A stretch of DNA of 32,000 nucleotides from Thermofilum adornatum (lineage in GTDB: Archaea > Thermoproteota > Thermoprotei > Thermofilales > Thermofilaceae), in assembly GCF_000446015.1 (NCBI RefSeq), contig NC_022093.1, forward strand, positions 1,200,001-1,232,000. The letters are read 5' to 3'. The stretch's first letter is position 1. Each line of letters starts with the position of its first letter. The notes beneath the pieces were generated by a model that was not told the origin of the DNA, ran no database searches, and saw only the letters and a program-made list of their open reading frames with translations. Made by a program: the position numbers and the translations under genes. Positions 1-8,966 of this stretch are shown piece by piece.

Positions 1-696
1 TTCCTCGCTGAGAAGACTCCGCCATGCATTGCTCAAAGATACTATTGCAAAGACGCCCACAGTGTACGCGTCAGCGTCGCGGACAATATTCAATAGTGCT
101 TTCAGAGTTCTTCCTGAACGGAGTAGGTCATCAGCTATGAGCACTCTAGAGTTCTTTGGTATGTGGTTCGCCGGGAGATATATGTGGACAATGCTGGGTG
201 GATCTGTCTGAAAAATCTGTGCAGAGAGGTATTTTATCGACTGGCTTTCCCGCTCCCTGCGTGCCACTGCCAGCTTGGCGTCTAAAACCCAAGCAAGTAG
301 AGATGCTAGTGGGATACCATTTACTGCAGCCGTCAAGACGACGTCTACGCTTCTAAAAAACGATAAATAAGCCTCGGCCATTGCCACTGTCAAGACGTCT
401 TCATCGTAGGCCAGCTCTGCTACGTTGACCACGCCGTTCTCATCGATTTTCAGCTTGTTCTGAACAACTTGGGCGAAGACGTTCTCGCTCCTCAATGCCT
501 GAATAATGTGGACTGCCTTTAACTGTGGAGGCAGAACTGTCCCAACAATGTACCGTTTAAGTTCAGGCTGTGATATCCTAATCTTGTTCTCTGCCAAGAT
601 CTCGTACAAGTAGCCGAGCTCAAAATGTTTGCTTAGGGTCTTCAGGGCTCTCCAAGCCAGGATCTGGGGTATTGCTGCTTCACTTCTGGTTATCAT
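1..696 (-). CDS. HTH + phosphoribosyltransferase-domain protein (PurR/GfcR-like putative regulator); C-terminus lies outside the window
   Basis: My own translation of the minus strand from the ATG at 696 gives MITRSEAAIPQILAWRALKTLSKHFELGYLYEILAENKIRISQPELKRYIVG... The frame stays open to the window edge, which explains its absence from the ORF track. It carries the PRPP-binding loop VLIADDLLRSGRTL. The N-terminal ~90 aa are helical and HTH-like. Confidence 0.7.
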   Translation of the reverse strand, partial: MITRSEAAIPQILAWRALKTLSKHFELGYLYEILAENKIRISQPELKRYIVGTVLPPQLKAVHIIQALRSENVFAQVVQNKLKIDENGVVNVAELAYDEDVLTVAMAEAYLSFFRSVDVVLTAAVNGIPLASLLAWVLDAKLAVARRERESQSIKYLSAQIFQTDPPSIVHIYLPANHIPKNSRVLIADDLLRSGRTLKALLNIVRDADAYTVGVFAIVSLSNAWRSLLSEE

Positions 697-765
697 GATT
701 TCATTTTTTTGAAAGAAATATATAAGTTTAACGCTAAATCAGAGAGAAAAATTTAAAAATAAAAA

Positions 766-1569
766 GTGGTTGCAAAACACGTGAAGGCACAAATCAAAAG
801 AAAAATAACATGGATGCACATAGTCACCTTCGTATTTGCAACGGCAGTCGCATATGTCCTAGCAGTAGTCTCGTCCCTCATCTTCCCAGTCCTCGGCGCG
901 CCCGGCGTATCCGCTCTGTACGTCGCGGCAGCTATTTACGTTCCACTAGGTGTTTGGATGGGCATGTGGGGCGCCCTAGCAGGATACTTTAGTTGCCTTT
1001 TTCTGGGGCTCTATCCCTCGGGCTACACCTTACTACAATCCGTTGTTTGGTCTTTCGCAGACTTCATCGAGGCCTTTATACCTGCATTCCTCTTTAGAGT
1101 CCTCAAAATCGATCCAGACTTCACAGTGAAAAGGGGCTGGGCTGCCAAGCTCTTTCCATTGTTTATCTCTTTGGGCTCAATTATACTATTGGTCGGCATT
1201 ACAATACAGGTTCTCTGGGGAAGCCTTGGCGAACCCTTCACAAGCATTTACGTTTACTCTGTCTATACAGGGCTAGCCCTCGCCCTACTTGGCCTGCTTG
1301 TAGGGCTACTCGTAGGTGACAAGAAGACTTGGGCTACATACATTGTCGGAGTCATTCTGACCTCATTTATTTCAGGTCTTTGGGGAGCCGGCACCCTAAC
1401 CATCTTTAACTTTCCACCGCCTCTCCCCAGCGAAGCCTTCTGGCCAGTATTTGTAGGCTGGGTTGCAGGAGACCTCATTGTCCTCTCAGTACTTTCAACT
1501 GCACTCCTCGTGGCACTTACGCCTGTCTTCAAGCGAACTGGGCTCTACGTTGAAAAATGGTGGGCGTAA
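766..1569 (+). CDS. Polytopic membrane protein, probable ECF-transporter substrate-capture (S) component with unknown substrate
   Basis: 267-aa ORF with a GTG start at 766 and an alternative in-frame ATG at 814. About 8 predicted TM helices. Gly-rich helices (GMWGALAGY, GLWGAGT) resemble S components. It sits 3 nt upstream of ecfT in the same operon. Confidence 0.6.
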   Translation: MVAKHVKAQIKRKITWMHIVTFVFATAVAYVLAVVSSLIFPVLGAPGVSALYVAAAIYVPLGVWMGMWGALAGYFSCLFLGLYPSGYTLLQSVVWSFADFIEAFIPAFLFRVLKIDPDFTVKRGWAAKLFPLFISLGSIILLVGITIQVLWGSLGEPFTSIYVYSVYTGLALALLGLLVGLLVGDKKTWATYIVGVILTSFISGLWGAGTLTIFNFPPPLPSEAFWPVFVGWVAGDLIVLSVLSTALLVALTPVFKRTGLYVEKWWA

Positions 1570-1572
1570 CTA

Positions 1573-2385
1573 ATGCCGACAATACTTGGAGAACTAACAG
1601 GCTTTGAAGCAAAGAATAATGTCTATATGTCGTTGCACCCTGTAATCAAAATATTAGTTCCTCTTTTTTTCTCTCTTGATGTCCTACTGATAAAGAACAT
1701 CCATTCGGCACTCATTCTCGTTTTCCTCGTCTTTGCTACTCTTCTCTTTGCTGGTGTCCCGTTGAGAATACTCAAGGGCTTCCTAATACTTATAACCAGT
1801 ATAAGCATCTTCATTGTTTTGAGTTTTATCCTGTTCACAAACGTCCCTGGAAACAAGTTATTTGAATACACCCTTCTCCAGGTCAACGCCGAGAAGGGCA
1901 CACTTGTCTGGAAGATAAGCATTACTGACAGCGCTCTTATCAAGGCAGGCATGTTTATCTTTAGGATACTCGCTATGATTTTCACTGCGACACTATTCGT
2001 TGCAACGGTAAGCGACAGAGACATTGTTTGGGGGCTTCGAGACCTCCACTTACCCTTGGGATTTTCAGTAGCTGTGTCCCTCTTCTTTAGGGGTATAAGT
2101 CTATTCCTAGAAGACTTCAAAGTTATCAGAGAGGCAATGATGTCTAGAGGAGTAGACTTCGAGAAAACAAGCCTTTCAAAAAAATTCATGCTTTACGTGA
2201 ACGCATTGATACCCCTTGTCTCGTTGATGATAAACAGGAGCTATGAAGTATCTCTTGCCCTTGAATCAAAAGGAATATCTCCGTGGACAAAGTCGAAGCG
2301 CCACAGAAAGCTCGCTTTTAGAAGGGTGGATCTCGCAGTATTTGTCCTTGGCTTTGCACAGCTACTTATTTTCGGGGTGATTTGA
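1573..2385 (+). CDS. ecfT: ECF transporter transmembrane (T) component, CbiQ/EcfT family
   Basis: 270-aa membrane ORF. GGTGGG Shine-Dalgarno ~10 nt upstream. Arg-containing coupling-helix region (SLFFRGISLF ... AMMSRG) is typical of CbiQ/EcfT. It lies directly between the S-like gene and the ATPase. Confidence 0.75.
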   Translation: MPTILGELTGFEAKNNVYMSLHPVIKILVPLFFSLDVLLIKNIHSALILVFLVFATLLFAGVPLRILKGFLILITSISIFIVLSFILFTNVPGNKLFEYTLLQVNAEKGTLVWKISITDSALIKAGMFIFRILAMIFTATLFVATVSDRDIVWGLRDLHLPLGFSVAVSLFFRGISLFLEDFKVIREAMMSRGVDFEKTSLSKKFMLYVNALIPLVSLMINRSYEVSLALESKGISPWTKSKRHRKLAFRRVDLAVFVLGFAQLLIFGVI

Positions 2386-2386
2386 A

Positions 2387-4012
2387 GTGGAGATAATCAA
2401 CGTCCAGGATCTCTACTGGCAATATTACTCCTCGCCAGACTATGCACTGAAAGGCATCTCCCTCAGTGTGGAAAAGGGCGAATTCCTAGCGGTTACTGGT
2501 CCAAGTGGAGCCGGCAAGACAACACTAATGCTTACACTTGCAGGCATTATCCCGCAGAGGCTCCCCGGGAAGTTTAAAGGAGAAGTCACTGTTCTCGGCG
2601 AGTCCACTCTTTCGGCAGACCTGGCAAGACTAATGCAGAAAGTCGGCGTAGTGTTTGAGGATCCCGAAATACAATTCGTAATGGGTTCGGTGGAGGACGA
2701 AGTCTCGCTTTCACTTGAACCACTCGACATATCCGAAGACGAGCTTCATAGACGTGTTAATCATGCCCTAAAAGTGGTAGGGCTTGACGAGTCTTTCCTT
2801 TCACGCAACCCGTTACAGCTCTCAGGCGGAGAGAAACAGAGGGTAGCCATAGCATCAGCCATAGCCAAAGAGCCAGAGATACTTATCCTTGACGAGCCAA
2901 CCTCAGACCTAGACCCACTCGGCAAAGAGGAAGTTATACAGGCAGTAGAAAAATTAAGGCGCGAGACAGATCTAACGATTATTCTTGTAGAGCAGGACCC
3001 AGAAATAATTCAACGTTTTGCTGAAAGAGTCGTGGTTCTCAATTATGGGAAGATAGTTTTCGACGGCGAGCCAAGCGAACTCTACAAGAATCTAGAGCAC
3101 CTAAAGAGGTTTTCAATATATCCTCCCGAGCTATACGAGCTGTCTTTCAAAGCGGGGCTAAACAGCCCCTCCTATGAGAAGCTATTAGAAATGGCCCGAA
3201 GTGGCAACCTAAACCACGACATCTGCAAATTCTACGAGACGAGAAGCGAGGGGAAACCAAAGCTACAAGCAGTAAACATCACACATGTTTATCCAGGCGG
3301 TGTCAAAGCGCTTGAAAACGTTAACCTAGCTATAGGGACAGGCGAGCTTGTGGCTTTTCTTGGTCCAAACGGTAGCGGGAAGACGACCCTTGCCAAGATT
3401 CTCGCAGGCTTATTGGATCCAACCGAAGGCAAGGTATTGATAGATGGAAAAGACTTGAGAAGCTTTAATAGGCTCGAGCTAGCATCAAAGGTAGGCTATG
3501 TTTACCAGAACCCACAGCACCAATTGTTCTGCCAGTCTGTCTATGAAGAGGTAGCTTTTGGACTTAGGCTCCGAGGTTTACCTATTAACGAAATTGAGGA
3601 GAAGGTTGAAGTTGCCCTAGAAACATTTAGGCTTGGTCACCTAAGAGACGAGCACCCGTTCTTCCTTAGCAAGGGCGAAAAAAGACGCCTAGCATTGGCA
3701 AGTGTATATGCCCTAGACCCCGACATTCTTATAGTTGACGAGCCAACAACAGGTCAGGACAGAGTCTTCTCAGAGCAACTTTTCCAACTATTAAGAGAAT
3801 TGTCCTACAAAAATAAGAGCGTCATAGTCATTACCCACAGTGTAGAGCTTGTAGCCAAGTATGCTGACCGATTAATCATCCTAAGAAGGGGAAGGATAAT
3901 AGCAGACGGATCCCCAGTGGATGTATTGACTAACGATGCTATAACGAGGGATGCAAAGCTTAAAACTCCCCTCATAGCACAGCTCTGCAAGCATGGCGAC
4001 AAAAAATCTTAG
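2387..4012 (+). CDS. Fused tandem ECF/ABC ATPase (EcfA-EcfA', YkoD-like duplicated ATPase)
   Basis: 541 aa, GTG start preceded by GGGGTGAT. There are two complete NBD motif sets: Walker A GPSGAGKTT and GPNGSGKTT; signature LSGGEKQR and LSKGEKRR; Walker B ILILDEPT and ILIVDEPT. Confidence 0.9.
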   Translation: MEIINVQDLYWQYYSSPDYALKGISLSVEKGEFLAVTGPSGAGKTTLMLTLAGIIPQRLPGKFKGEVTVLGESTLSADLARLMQKVGVVFEDPEIQFVMGSVEDEVSLSLEPLDISEDELHRRVNHALKVVGLDESFLSRNPLQLSGGEKQRVAIASAIAKEPEILILDEPTSDLDPLGKEEVIQAVEKLRRETDLTIILVEQDPEIIQRFAERVVVLNYGKIVFDGEPSELYKNLEHLKRFSIYPPELYELSFKAGLNSPSYEKLLEMARSGNLNHDICKFYETRSEGKPKLQAVNITHVYPGGVKALENVNLAIGTGELVAFLGPNGSGKTTLAKILAGLLDPTEGKVLIDGKDLRSFNRLELASKVGYVYQNPQHQLFCQSVYEEVAFGLRLRGLPINEIEEKVEVALETFRLGHLRDEHPFFLSKGEKRRLALASVYALDPDILIVDEPTTGQDRVFSEQLFQLLRELSYKNKSVIVITHSVELVAKYADRLIILRRGRIIADGSPVDVLTNDAITRDAKLKTPLIAQLCKHGDKKS

Positions 4013-4015
4013 AAG

Positions 4016-5023
4016 CTACATTGGGCAATGTTGCAGGGTCAAAGCTTCTTCTAGCCTTCTTTTCCTCGTTTCATATACTCTTTCCAGCCATTCAGGGTAC
4101 CATCCATAATCAGAAAGCTTGCTCTTTGAAGCCTCCAGCCTTGCCAACGTCTTTTCCAGGTGTTCACGGATCCTGCCGTGCTCCATGCTTTCGCCAGTAA
4201 AAAGGATGCACTGTCTCTCGCTCCAGTCACCCGGCTGATCTAGCCCCGGAAAATAAGAATAAATCATTTTCTCCAGGATACTGGTATCTGTAGTGCCACC
4301 GAGAGGATTCTTGCCTGGCAAATCAAGGTCGAGACCATATAGGGGCATATCGAAGTTGTTTGAAGCAAGGGCAGACAAGTCCTCGATCCCTATGAAAACC
4401 GACTCCACATCCAAGCTATCAAGAAAAGTTGCCACTTTTTTAACCCCAGGCTCGGAGAGGAACCCATAAATAAAAACACGCTTAAACCTTAGGCCCTTCA
4501 GCTCCCCTATCTTAACCAGGTACTTGAAAGCTGATTCAAGAGTCTGCCCAGTCGCAACTGTATCGGCTACAATCACGTTTTCGATCTTGCTAGGTATCTC
4601 TCCAAGGGATCCATAGGTTACGCTACTCTCGCCTGGGACAGCATGACTAGATATCCGAATGTATATCTCTCTAATGTTAGCGGTATGTCTCCTCAAGGCC
4701 TCATGCAACATATAGCCAGGAGAACCCCTCAAAACATGGAGAAAGACTGTTTGATCATCCTTAATCATGTGGAGTATTATTCGTGAGGCTTTCTCCGCCA
4801 AAGCTAGAGCCTTGGCAGACAAATCTGAACCAACAAGCTCCGGTTGCGAGGCAATTTCTACGCCCTCCTGCGAATCAAGCAGGTAGACTTGCCCCGGAAC
4901 ATCCATATCTACCTTGAAGAGCCTTGCATCTTTACCTAAAAATTCTTCTTCAACCCTCCTACACACGTCAGTCTTCACTCCAAACGTGTCGATTACTTCT
5001 TTGGCACGTTTAGATTCTACCAA
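4016..5023 (-). CDS. Uracil-phosphoribosyltransferase-like (PRTase-fold) protein with ~100-aa C-terminal extension; function unknown
   Basis: 335-aa ORF with a TTG start at 5023, so the start is uncertain. It has the PRPP-loop-like NVIVADTVATGQTL and a VLRGSPGYM segment resembling the Upp ILRAGLGM motif. Its end is 3 nt from the convergent ATPase stop. Confidence 0.55.
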   Translation of the reverse strand: MVESKRAKEVIDTFGVKTDVCRRVEEEFLGKDARLFKVDMDVPGQVYLLDSQEGVEIASQPELVGSDLSAKALALAEKASRIILHMIKDDQTVFLHVLRGSPGYMLHEALRRHTANIREIYIRISSHAVPGESSVTYGSLGEIPSKIENVIVADTVATGQTLESAFKYLVKIGELKGLRFKRVFIYGFLSEPGVKKVATFLDSLDVESVFIGIEDLSALASNNFDMPLYGLDLDLPGKNPLGGTTDTSILEKMIYSYFPGLDQPGDWSERQCILFTGESMEHGRIREHLEKTLARLEASKSKLSDYGWYPEWLERVYETRKRRLEEALTLQHCPM

Positions 5024-5039
5024 GCATGTTGCACCTCAA

Positions 5040-5182
5040 TTTGAGAGCCAATACGCCCTAAAAGGCAAAATCAAGGGTTGAAATATAAGAACTTAGCGGC
5101 TCTTCTCAAGTCTGCCTTAATTTTGAGAGGGGAAACAAGTAAAAACAAACCATATGAACGCAAGATTTATTTAGTTTGAGAG
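5040..5182 (+). promoter_or_regulatory. Three direct copies of TTTGAGAG in the divergent intergenic region (candidate operator sites)
   Basis: Exact 8-mers at 5040-5047, 5122-5129 and 5175-5182. The third lies between the TATA-like ATTTATTTAG and the MFS ATG at 5198. Confidence 0.4.
5165..5174 (+). promoter_or_regulatory. TATA-box-like element for the MFS/GH1 operon
   Basis: ATTTATTTAG is centred ~29 nt upstream of the ATG at 5198. That spacing fits a leaderless or short-leader archaeal transcript. Confidence 0.4.
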
Positions 5183-5197
5183 TGACTAATAAATGCT

Positions 5198-6475
5198 ATG
5201 ACGAAAAAATATAAATGGTTCATAGTAATATTCTTCTTCATATTCTTGACCATACACGAGGCAGATAGATTCATCATATCAGCGGTGGCGCCACAAGTAA
5301 TGGACGAGTTTAAAGTGACGTATAGTCAACTTGGCTTAGTATTCTCGCTAACAGTCCTCGTAGCAGCTTTGCTTTACCCGGTCTGGGGATATCTATATGA
5401 CAGATATTCACGCAAAATGCTTGCTGGACTCGCTGCACTAATATGGGGATTTACAACAATATTTAATGCACTTTCAAGGACATTCGGAGAATTCTTTGCC
5501 ACAAGGCTTGCTACAGGCATAGATGACGCCGCCCCACCAGGAATCTATAGCTTGGTAGCAGACTATTTCGAGCCCTATAGCCGTGGAAAAGCCCTCGGTA
5601 TATTAAATGCCACGGGACCCCTCGGCGCAATCATAGGAACAATACTTTCGCTGTCAATTGTATCGATGGGTCTTAGCTGGAGGAACGCCTTTTTCATAAC
5701 GGGTCCCATAGGCGTCATCATAGGAATCCTAACATTTTTCGTCATAAAGGACATTCCTAGAGGAAGCTCTGAACCAGAACTTCAAAACCTCCTCGAGGAA
5801 GACATTTACAAGGCGAAGTTTTCGGACCTCCCACGTTTATTGAAAAACAGGTCTCTAATATTGCTTTATCTCCAGGGCTTCTGGGGCGTTTTTCCCTGGA
5901 ACGCCATCACATTCTGGTTCGTAACCTACATGGAGAAAGAAAGAGGAATGGCCCCAGATATAGTCATGGTTGTTATGTCTATCTCGCTGATAGCCATGGT
6001 TATCGGCAACCTTGTCGCTGGGGTAATTGGCGACTGGATGTTCAAAAGGACGAAGCGGGGCAGAGCCATATTTGGTGCTATAGTTGTGTTCTTCTCAGCT
6101 GTACTAATTTACTTAGCTATCCGTGCCAGAACAAACGAAGAATTCATGCTCTTCACAATCTTGACGGCGTTCGAGATACCAATGGCTGGACCCAACGTTG
6201 TAGCAGCTATAACAGACATTACAGAGCCAGAGCTAAGGTCAAGTGCAACAGGTTATCTCAGATTTTTCGAAAACCTTGGAAGCGCCGCTTCGCCTTTCCT
6301 GTCCGGCTTGCTAGCTGAAAGCATTGGGCTGGGGGAAGCTATTCTATGGATAAGCGTATCAACTTGGCTCCTATGCTTTGTCTTCTTCTCCTTGTTGGCC
6401 ATAACTATACCAAGGGACGTAGACAGGCTAAGAAGCCTTATGAAGGAGAGAGCTGAGAAATTAAAAGGTGGCTAA
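5198..6475 (+). CDS. Major facilitator superfamily transporter (probable glycoside/sugar importer by context)
   Basis: 425 aa with ~12 TM helices. MFS motif-A-like GYLYDRYSRKMLAG in loop 2-3. Its stop is 2 nt before the GH1 start. Confidence 0.8.
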   Translation: MTKKYKWFIVIFFFIFLTIHEADRFIISAVAPQVMDEFKVTYSQLGLVFSLTVLVAALLYPVWGYLYDRYSRKMLAGLAALIWGFTTIFNALSRTFGEFFATRLATGIDDAAPPGIYSLVADYFEPYSRGKALGILNATGPLGAIIGTILSLSIVSMGLSWRNAFFITGPIGVIIGILTFFVIKDIPRGSSEPELQNLLEEDIYKAKFSDLPRLLKNRSLILLYLQGFWGVFPWNAITFWFVTYMEKERGMAPDIVMVVMSISLIAMVIGNLVAGVIGDWMFKRTKRGRAIFGAIVVFFSAVLIYLAIRARTNEEFMLFTILTAFEIPMAGPNVVAAITDITEPELRSSATGYLRFFENLGSAASPFLSGLLAESIGLGEAILWISVSTWLLCFVFFSLLAITIPRDVDRLRSLMKERAEKLKGG

Positions 6476-6477
6476 AA

Positions 6478-8037
6478 GTGTTCCCAAAGAATTTCCTGTG
6501 GGGTGTATCACTAGCAGGTTTCCAGTTTGAGATGGGAGACCCAGCAGGCGAAGCCTTGGATCCAAACACTGACTGGTATGTATGGGTTCACGACAAATAC
6601 AACATTGAAAACAAAATAGTTAGTGGGGATTTGCCAGAAAACGGCATAGATTATTGGCACCTTTACAGGGAGGATCACGCCCTAGCACAGAGCATAGGTC
6701 TAAATGCCTACAGGCTGAACGTTGAGTGGAGCAGGATATTCCCTAAACCAACATTCAACGTAGAGGTAGGTATCGAGGAGGAGGAAGGCATAAAGACAGA
6801 AATAGACATATCCGAGTCTGATCTTGAAAAGCTAGACGAGCTCGCAAACAAGGAAGCGCTAAGACACTACCGCGACATCATAATGGATCTCAGACAGAGA
6901 AACTTCTACGTCATCCTGAACCTAGTTCATTTCACGCTTCCAATATGGCTCCACGACCCAATAACCTCGAGAGCCACAAATGCGAAAAAAGGTCCTCTAG
7001 GCTACGCTGACCCCAGATTCCCCATAGAGTTTGCAAAATTCGCCGCCTACATCGCTAAAAACTTTGGAGACCTTGTCGACACATGGTCAACATTCAACGA
7101 GCCAAGCGTTGTAACTGAGTCGGGATTCCTAACGAGAAAAGGAAAATTTCCACCTGGGATATTCAACTTCAAAGCATATAAAAACGCAATGATCAACATT
7201 GCCCAAGCACACTTCCTAGCATACCACGTCATCAAAAAATTTGACAAAGTAAAGGCCTATCCTAGCTCCGAAGCTCCGGCAAGCGTTGGGATCATACACA
7301 ACGTTGTCCCATCCTACCCGTTAAACGCCACAAAGAAGTCAGACATAGATGCATCAAGGGTTGTACACCATCTGCACAACGCATGGATTCCCAACTCCAT
7401 CGTAAATGGATGGATCGACCTAGACTTCGACCTCAAACAAGAATCGGGAGAAATCTATGAGAAATACAAGGGAAAACTCGACTGGATGGGCATCAATTAC
7501 TATTCAAGGGCAGTCGTCAAAGGTAAATTCAACATACTAAAACCATTAATCCCATTCCCCGCATACCCAGTCCTAGTCAAGGGATACGGCTTCGAATGTA
7601 CACCAGACTCACAAAGCCTAGCAGGCAGACCCACAACAAACTTTGGCTGGGAAATCTACCCAGAAGGAATAGTTGAAGCAGTAAAACTCATGAAAAACTA
7701 CAATGTCCCACTCATGATCACCGAAAACGGAATCGCAGACCGCGACGACAAGTATAGACCACACTACCTGGCAATACACCTCAAATACCTAGAAGACGCA
7801 ATAATGAACAAAGAAATACAGCTCAACGGGTACCTACACTGGGCACTCACAGACAACTATGAGTGGGCCGACGGCTTCAGAATGCGCTTCGGCCTCATCT
7901 ACGTAGACCTACAGACAAAGAAACGACAAAAGAGGGCGAGCGCAGACGTCTTCTCAAAGATAATAGCAGAGGGCACAGTGCCAGACGAGTATGTAAAAGC
8001 GGCAAAACAAGTGCTTAAACTAGGCTCTAATACCTAA
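6478..8037 (+). CDS. Glycoside hydrolase family 1 beta-glycosidase (beta-glucosidase/galactosidase type)
   Basis: 519 aa, GTG start with GGTGG ~10 nt upstream. N-terminal FPKNFLWGVSLAGFQFEMG. Acid/base motif TFNEPSV, nucleophile motif ITENGIAD, and C-terminal WALTDNYEWADGF. Confidence 0.92.
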   Translation: MFPKNFLWGVSLAGFQFEMGDPAGEALDPNTDWYVWVHDKYNIENKIVSGDLPENGIDYWHLYREDHALAQSIGLNAYRLNVEWSRIFPKPTFNVEVGIEEEEGIKTEIDISESDLEKLDELANKEALRHYRDIIMDLRQRNFYVILNLVHFTLPIWLHDPITSRATNAKKGPLGYADPRFPIEFAKFAAYIAKNFGDLVDTWSTFNEPSVVTESGFLTRKGKFPPGIFNFKAYKNAMINIAQAHFLAYHVIKKFDKVKAYPSSEAPASVGIIHNVVPSYPLNATKKSDIDASRVVHHLHNAWIPNSIVNGWIDLDFDLKQESGEIYEKYKGKLDWMGINYYSRAVVKGKFNILKPLIPFPAYPVLVKGYGFECTPDSQSLAGRPTTNFGWEIYPEGIVEAVKLMKNYNVPLMITENGIADRDDKYRPHYLAIHLKYLEDAIMNKEIQLNGYLHWALTDNYEWADGFRMRFGLIYVDLQTKKRQKRASADVFSKIIAEGTVPDEYVKAAKQVLKLGSNT

Positions 8038-8935
8038 GAAGCCTGACATAATTTTTTCCGCCAACTTTTTCTACCTTCACGTATCCAAGTTCCTGCAGCT
8101 TCTTTATACGGCGCCACAGCGTTGTTGTCGGCATCTTCACGTATTGACCAATTTCTGACTGAAACATGCCCCCGCCCATTTTCTTTAGAAGCTCTATTAT
8201 TTCTCTATCTTCCTCCGAAAGGTTACCATTCCTCCTCTTAAGCAAATAGAACATAGCTATTCCCGCAAACAATAATATAGCCAATGCTATACCTATTGTT
8301 TCAGCGCTGAATATTTGAGTGGATGTTTGGCTTGGCTTGCCTGGGGCTAGAGATGACCCGTTCTGTGTAGAGGCTGGCTGTTTGTTTACTTGTGGAGTTG
8401 TTTGCGGCGTGGTTTTATCCTGTGAGATACTTTGCGGTATGTATGCAAAGGATAAAGACACGCTTCCACTGGGAAACTCGAGGACGAGGTTAGAGTCAGA
8501 AGTAGATACGGCTAGGGGTACGGGTTGCATAGAAATTAAAGTGGATCCTTTTGGAAGCTTCACAATGCTTTCTATGGGCGAATTATACTGGAGACTCCAT
8601 ATACCTTTGGAAAAAGTCGTTATGGTCTGGGTATAATAGCTGATATTTATTCTCGTGCAGTTAAGGGCAAGAATGGTAATAGTGTTACTTGTCTGGTTGA
8701 TGTCGTATGCTAATGGGTTTCCGGATTGATCAGTAACTATGATGCCTAGCTCAGTTATAGGTGTACCTATAAGGGAAACATCATATATACTTGTAGCATT
8801 GACCTTTAACGAATAGTCTACCCTGACTAAGCCACTTTCCAGAACAGTGAGCGTGACATATTCATCGGGCAAACATGTAACAGTATAAGCTAAAGCCAAC
8901 AAAAACACGAGTAGCGCAGGGGCAACTCTACGCAT
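8027..8935 (-). CDS. Membrane-tethered winged-helix transcription regulator with an extracytoplasmic domain
   Basis: The ORF track gives 8027..8986. I prefer the internal ATG at 8935 (MRRVAPALLVFLLALAYTV, a signal/TM segment) because ATTTAAAT sits ~27 nt upstream of it. Domain order: beta-rich ectodomain, Thr/Pro/Gln linker, TM helix IGIALAILLFAGIAMFYLL, then C-terminal wHTH (EIIELLKKMGGGMFQSEIGQYVKMPTTTLWRRIKKLQELGYVKVEK). Confidence 0.7.
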   Translation of the reverse strand: MRRVAPALLVFLLALAYTVTCLPDEYVTLTVLESGLVRVDYSLKVNATSIYDVSLIGTPITELGIIVTDQSGNPLAYDINQTSNTITILALNCTRINISYYTQTITTFSKGIWSLQYNSPIESIVKLPKGSTLISMQPVPLAVSTSDSNLVLEFPSGSVSLSFAYIPQSISQDKTTPQTTPQVNKQPASTQNGSSLAPGKPSQTSTQIFSAETIGIALAILLFAGIAMFYLLKRRNGNLSEEDREIIELLKKMGGGMFQSEIGQYVKMPTTTLWRRIKKLQELGYVKVEKVGGKNYVRLLRY

Positions 8936-8958
8936 ATTATCGAGAAAACACAAGTGAG

Positions 8959-8966
8959 ATTTAAAT
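8959..8966 (-). promoter_or_regulatory. TATA box (ATTTAAAT) for the membrane wHTH gene
   Basis: Palindromic ATTTAAAT centred ~27 nt upstream of the ATG at 8935 on the minus strand. Confidence 0.45.

Noticed and set aside
29-356. Plus-strand ORFs of 60 and 66 aa at the window start
   Set aside because: They lie entirely inside, and antisense to, a much longer minus-strand reading frame with a clear PRTase motif. They have no recognisable motifs.
1623-2189. 188-aa minus-strand ORF antisense to ecfT
   Set aside because: It is fully embedded in a well-supported membrane-protein gene. Its composition (Arg/Ser/Lys-rich) is typical of an antisense shadow ORF.
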